A stretch of DNA of 64,000 nt, from the NCBI GenBank assembly GCA_051294905.1, contig CM119384.1, positions 1,178,001 through 1,242,000 on the forward strand. Reading direction: 5' to 3'. This document shows, piece by piece, positions 60,620-64,000 of this stretch (positions are counted from its first letter, which is position 1; each line of letters starts with the position of its first letter). The notes beneath the pieces were generated by a model. It ran no database searches. It saw only the letters and a program-made list of their open reading frames with translations, and had not been told where the DNA came from. Source of the stretch: Botryllus schlosseri (Eukaryota). The translations under genes and the position numbers were made by a program.

Positions 60620-61735
60620 ATGTCTCGAATCATTGTTACTGTAATTACCATCAGTTCGGCAAGTTTGATCTTCTACTTCTTGCTATACAGCGAGGCATCA
60701 CCAGAAGTTACGCACGAACTCAAAACGAGCGTTACTCGAGAACCAAGCTCCACCAAGCTGGAAGTTCTCGAAGAAACGACTGTCGCTGTCAAGGATTTTA
60801 CAACATCGTATCATGAAACGCTACACACATTCTCGGAGTATGACTCTACTACAAGACGCACAACGTTACCAACAACCAGCACAATGTTACCAGTAACCAG
60901 CACAATTACAAGCGTTCCGAAATGTGGGAATCACAAGTTATTTACGAAGACAGCTGCGAAAGGGAAAATTGTGTTTTACAACCGTTTGAAAAAATGCGGA
61001 AGCAGATCATTATACCGAGCTTCCCTGAGAGTGGCCCGTCTAAACAAATTCTCGGTCAGATCATCAGTTATTGTCGCCGACGAACATCCCAACACGACTC
61101 TTATGAATCGCGAAATAACGAAAATAGCTCTGTTAAAAGCACCCGCGTTTTATAATCGCCACATCCATTATTTAGACTTCGCAAAACGCTGTTTTACTCA
61201 GCCGATTTACATCAACATGATTCGCGACCCGGTCGCGCGTTTCGTGTCTCATTTCAATTATTGGAAATACGGGGATTATCAAAGACGATTGAAAGACAAT
61301 CCTCGTAACTTCAGCGATATCAACCAATGTATATTGGCGGACGAACCGTTTTGCGTTGAGCCTTACATGACTCAATACTACGCTGACTATTTTTGCGGTT
61401 TCGACTGGATTTGCAACAAATCTCTGACGGACAAGATCAGATTAGCAAAGAAACACATTGACGACAACTACCTTGTCATTGGAATGACGGAAGAATTCGA
61501 AATCATGTTGCAACTGCTTGAGAAGATGATACCGGAGTATTTCAGGGGGATACTGCGAGAATGGCGGCGCATAGGAAAATATTTGAAGACTCGAAGCAAA
61601 ACGATCATGAAGGATGTTCTGAATGACGCGGCTTATCATAAATTGCGATACAAATTACTCGCGCAAGAATACGTAGTTTTTGAACACGCCAAAACCAAGT
61701 ATGAGCGACTCAAGACCGACAACGGAATTTCTTGA
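60620..61735 (+). CDS. UST: Uronyl 2-sulfotransferase / HS2ST-family Golgi sulfotransferase, single exon, 371 aa from ATG 60620
   Basis: N-terminal signal anchor (IIVTVITISSASLIFYFLL), Thr-rich stem, 5'-PSB-like FYNRLKKCGSRS and 3'-PB-like YINMIRDPVARFVSHFNY. Also FFCG and YLVIGMTEEF. The ORF track's GTG start at 60611 is not needed. UST versus HS2ST orthology is not resolved. Confidence 0.78.
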   Translation: MSRIIVTVITISSASLIFYFLLYSEASPEVTHELKTSVTREPSSTKLEVLEETTVAVKDFTTSYHETLHTFSEYDSTTRRTTLPTTSTMLPVTSTITSVPKCGNHKLFTKTAAKGKIVFYNRLKKCGSRSLYRASLRVARLNKFSVRSSVIVADEHPNTTLMNREITKIALLKAPAFYNRHIHYLDFAKRCFTQPIYINMIRDPVARFVSHFNYWKYGDYQRRLKDNPRNFSDINQCILADEPFCVEPYMTQYYADYFCGFDWICNKSLTDKIRLAKKHIDDNYLVIGMTEEFEIMLQLLEKMIPEYFRGILREWRRIGKYLKTRSKTIMKDVLNDAAYHKLRYKLLAQEYVVFEHAKTKYERLKTDNGIS

Positions 61736-63125
61736 ATATCGTGGCCGTGGCTTGGTCGGCTGGACATTCCCGTTCGAGTCATGGGATTGAACGTCCCTCG
61801 TCACTAAGAGCTATATTATCAGCGAGAATTACAGCTACGGTACTGATGAAATCTCAATTGGTCCTGTCACAGCATCAAAACACGCAGTGCCAAGCAACGC
61901 ACCTTGGTGGAAATGACATTTCTGTGAAGTCATGATCAACCCAAAACATTGTCACATAGTCCAATGGTCGAAAAAAATGCCAAATTGGGGTAGACCTGAC
62001 ATTATTCTATTCGTGGTCGCATCAAGGGTACATGTTTATATTTTCCACATCATCAATACTGTAATCAGATCATAATGCGTGATCGATTTTGCCGTTTCTA
62101 CTCAAGTAGAAGCAGAAGTAACGCGGTAAGAATTAGCGAGATACTATTCTTTATCCCGGGTTAGCTCGCAACGTAAGTTGTGCTACGACAACTTTATTTA
62201 CGGTCTATTGTAACGTAAAACATTGCAATATGTTTTTACGGTTGGATATTGTTATTAATAGACCATGCAGTACGCATATGCATATATCGCTGACAGCGAT
62301 TTTATTCCTTGTAATGGGAAGAATTTCTATTTAAAGTAAACGAAAAGCCAAAGATAAGTGTGTTCTTGATTAAATCTGCCTGTAACAGGTTTTTTCCAAT
62401 TCACATTTTTATTCCTTGTGATGTGAGTTATTTACCCGTTCTGGATTTCCTGCCGTTTCGTATTTTATCATACTGGAAGCAATACGGCACACTTATTGTT
62501 CTAGCTCAGTGGTTCTCAACCGGTGTGCCGCGGCACTGTGCCATTTACATCTAGTAAGTGTGCCGCGAGTGATTTCTTCGAAATTTTGAAATTATGCGCA
62601 AAATAATTTTAGTCTGTAGCAAACGGTCAATAATCTTAATCGAGCTTGATGTGAAGTTTGTACATTAGACAAATCAAAAGAGATGTTATGCCCGCAATCA
62701 ATATCCCCCGCGAATTCGCTCTACCCGACATATCGCGTGCTGAATTCAGTTTTGCACAATACGTTGATTGATGATCGCAGAGAAGGCAGGCTTGGCGGCG
62801 CCTGTATGGCAATGCAGTTTTGCAATCCTCATTGTCTCCCCAATCACCAGCGAGAAATGACCTCCTTTGGAAGTGATATTCTCGTTTACAAATTCGAATT
62901 ACAAACAGCAATCCATATTGAGATTGTTAGGTAGCGTGCCGGCACTTCCGTTAAAATGTAGGCTTGTAGTGCAAAGTTGTGTTACAGGCGACGAATATGA
63001 GAATTGAGTGTTTATCAAATTTTATCAGTTAACAAACTTCCTCGCAGCTGATGCTATTATCTTGATTTGTTGCAATTATAATTGTAGCATTATCATCGAG
63101 CTTCTAGCTGTAAGACTGACTACTT

Positions 63126-63940
63126 CAGTGGTTCTCAACCGGGGGTCCGCGAAGCCTCAAAATAGTTGATAACCTTTTTAATGGGAGAATCACGAGGCAG
63201 TTTTGCTTCTTTGCTAGTAAAACTCTAGAGCTCACATCGACAGAATGGCCATCTGAGATGAAATATCTTACCATGCATACTCATTTTAATTGATAAATAG
63301 TCAAAAAGCCTACTGTACAAATATTTTGCTGTTTAGAGATGTTTGTTGGGGATTGTGGAAAAAAAGTATGGTCAATCACGGTGACTTCGTAATGTTTACA
63401 AAAATCCATTTTCTCCTGTAATATACATAGCCATTTGTCCATAATAACTCCAAGATAAGCTGCTTGATAGAAATGACCAGGCTTGACGTTATATGTTCAT
63501 TAAATTAGTTTGTTTGTCAATTTTAATGCCATATTGGTTGCGATCATACCCAAATGTGTCGTTGGAAGCGTTACGCGTTATTAATACATTTACCACCAAC
63601 TATATTCGTGGAAATGGATTTACGGCACTCGTTCATATCAAATCGAACTAGCTGATTTTCAAGACACGACCACGTATTTTAAGAAATGCCGTTGAAGAAT
63701 TTGCTTTGAAATAATAGAAGTAAACCCAATTTCTACATGAATAGTATGATCTTATTTTCAAGAAAAGTCATTTTGTTGCTGTATATCACTGAGCCTACAG
63801 TTATCATTTGCACGAGACAGATGAGTAGATGACGGTTACACGATAATTGAGGCAAATTTGAACTAAAACTTCATGGGGGTCCACGGGCTCCGTGACGGTC
63901 CGAAAGGGGTCCGGGAAGACAAAAAGGTTGAGAACCACTG
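63126..63940. mobile_element. hAT (Buster-type) MITE
   Basis: TIR CAGTGGTTCTCAACC; TSD GACTACTT (NNNTANNN). An unpaired similar left end lies at 62507. Confidence 0.88.
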
Positions 63941-64000
63941 GACTACTTAGACAGACACCTTTACAAGCCGAACTCGAAGTGTATTCCTCTCGCAGACCAC

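Overview
AT-rich animal genomic DNA containing five protein-coding genes. PRIM2 and TUBGCP5 are intronless and tandem on the minus strand. TAF6 (about 12 coding exons) and a FAM122/PABIR-like gene (11 coding exons) are on the plus strand, followed by an intronless uronyl/heparan-sulfate 2-O-sulfotransferase-like gene. The rest is dense in non-autonomous DNA transposons, most with readable terminal inverted repeats (TIRs) and target-site duplications (TSDs), plus two tRNA-derived SINEs and retroelement 3' ends. The most striking pattern is a set of large fold-back (palindromic) elements. A 3.2-kb element with modular 41-bp-repeat TIRs and a 7-bp TSD duplicates the splice acceptor just before the TAF6 ATG. 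Two intronic elements (2.3 kb and 1.6 kb) have both arms made of transposase C-terminal coding sequence, so host transcription would yield long anti-transposase hairpin RNA. All five ATGs have a 3' splice acceptor 17-70 nt upstream, compatible with spliced-leader (SL) trans-splicing and operons as in ascidians; taxon and trans-splicing are inferences. Exon and TSD coordinates were read by hand, with no database searches or RNA data.
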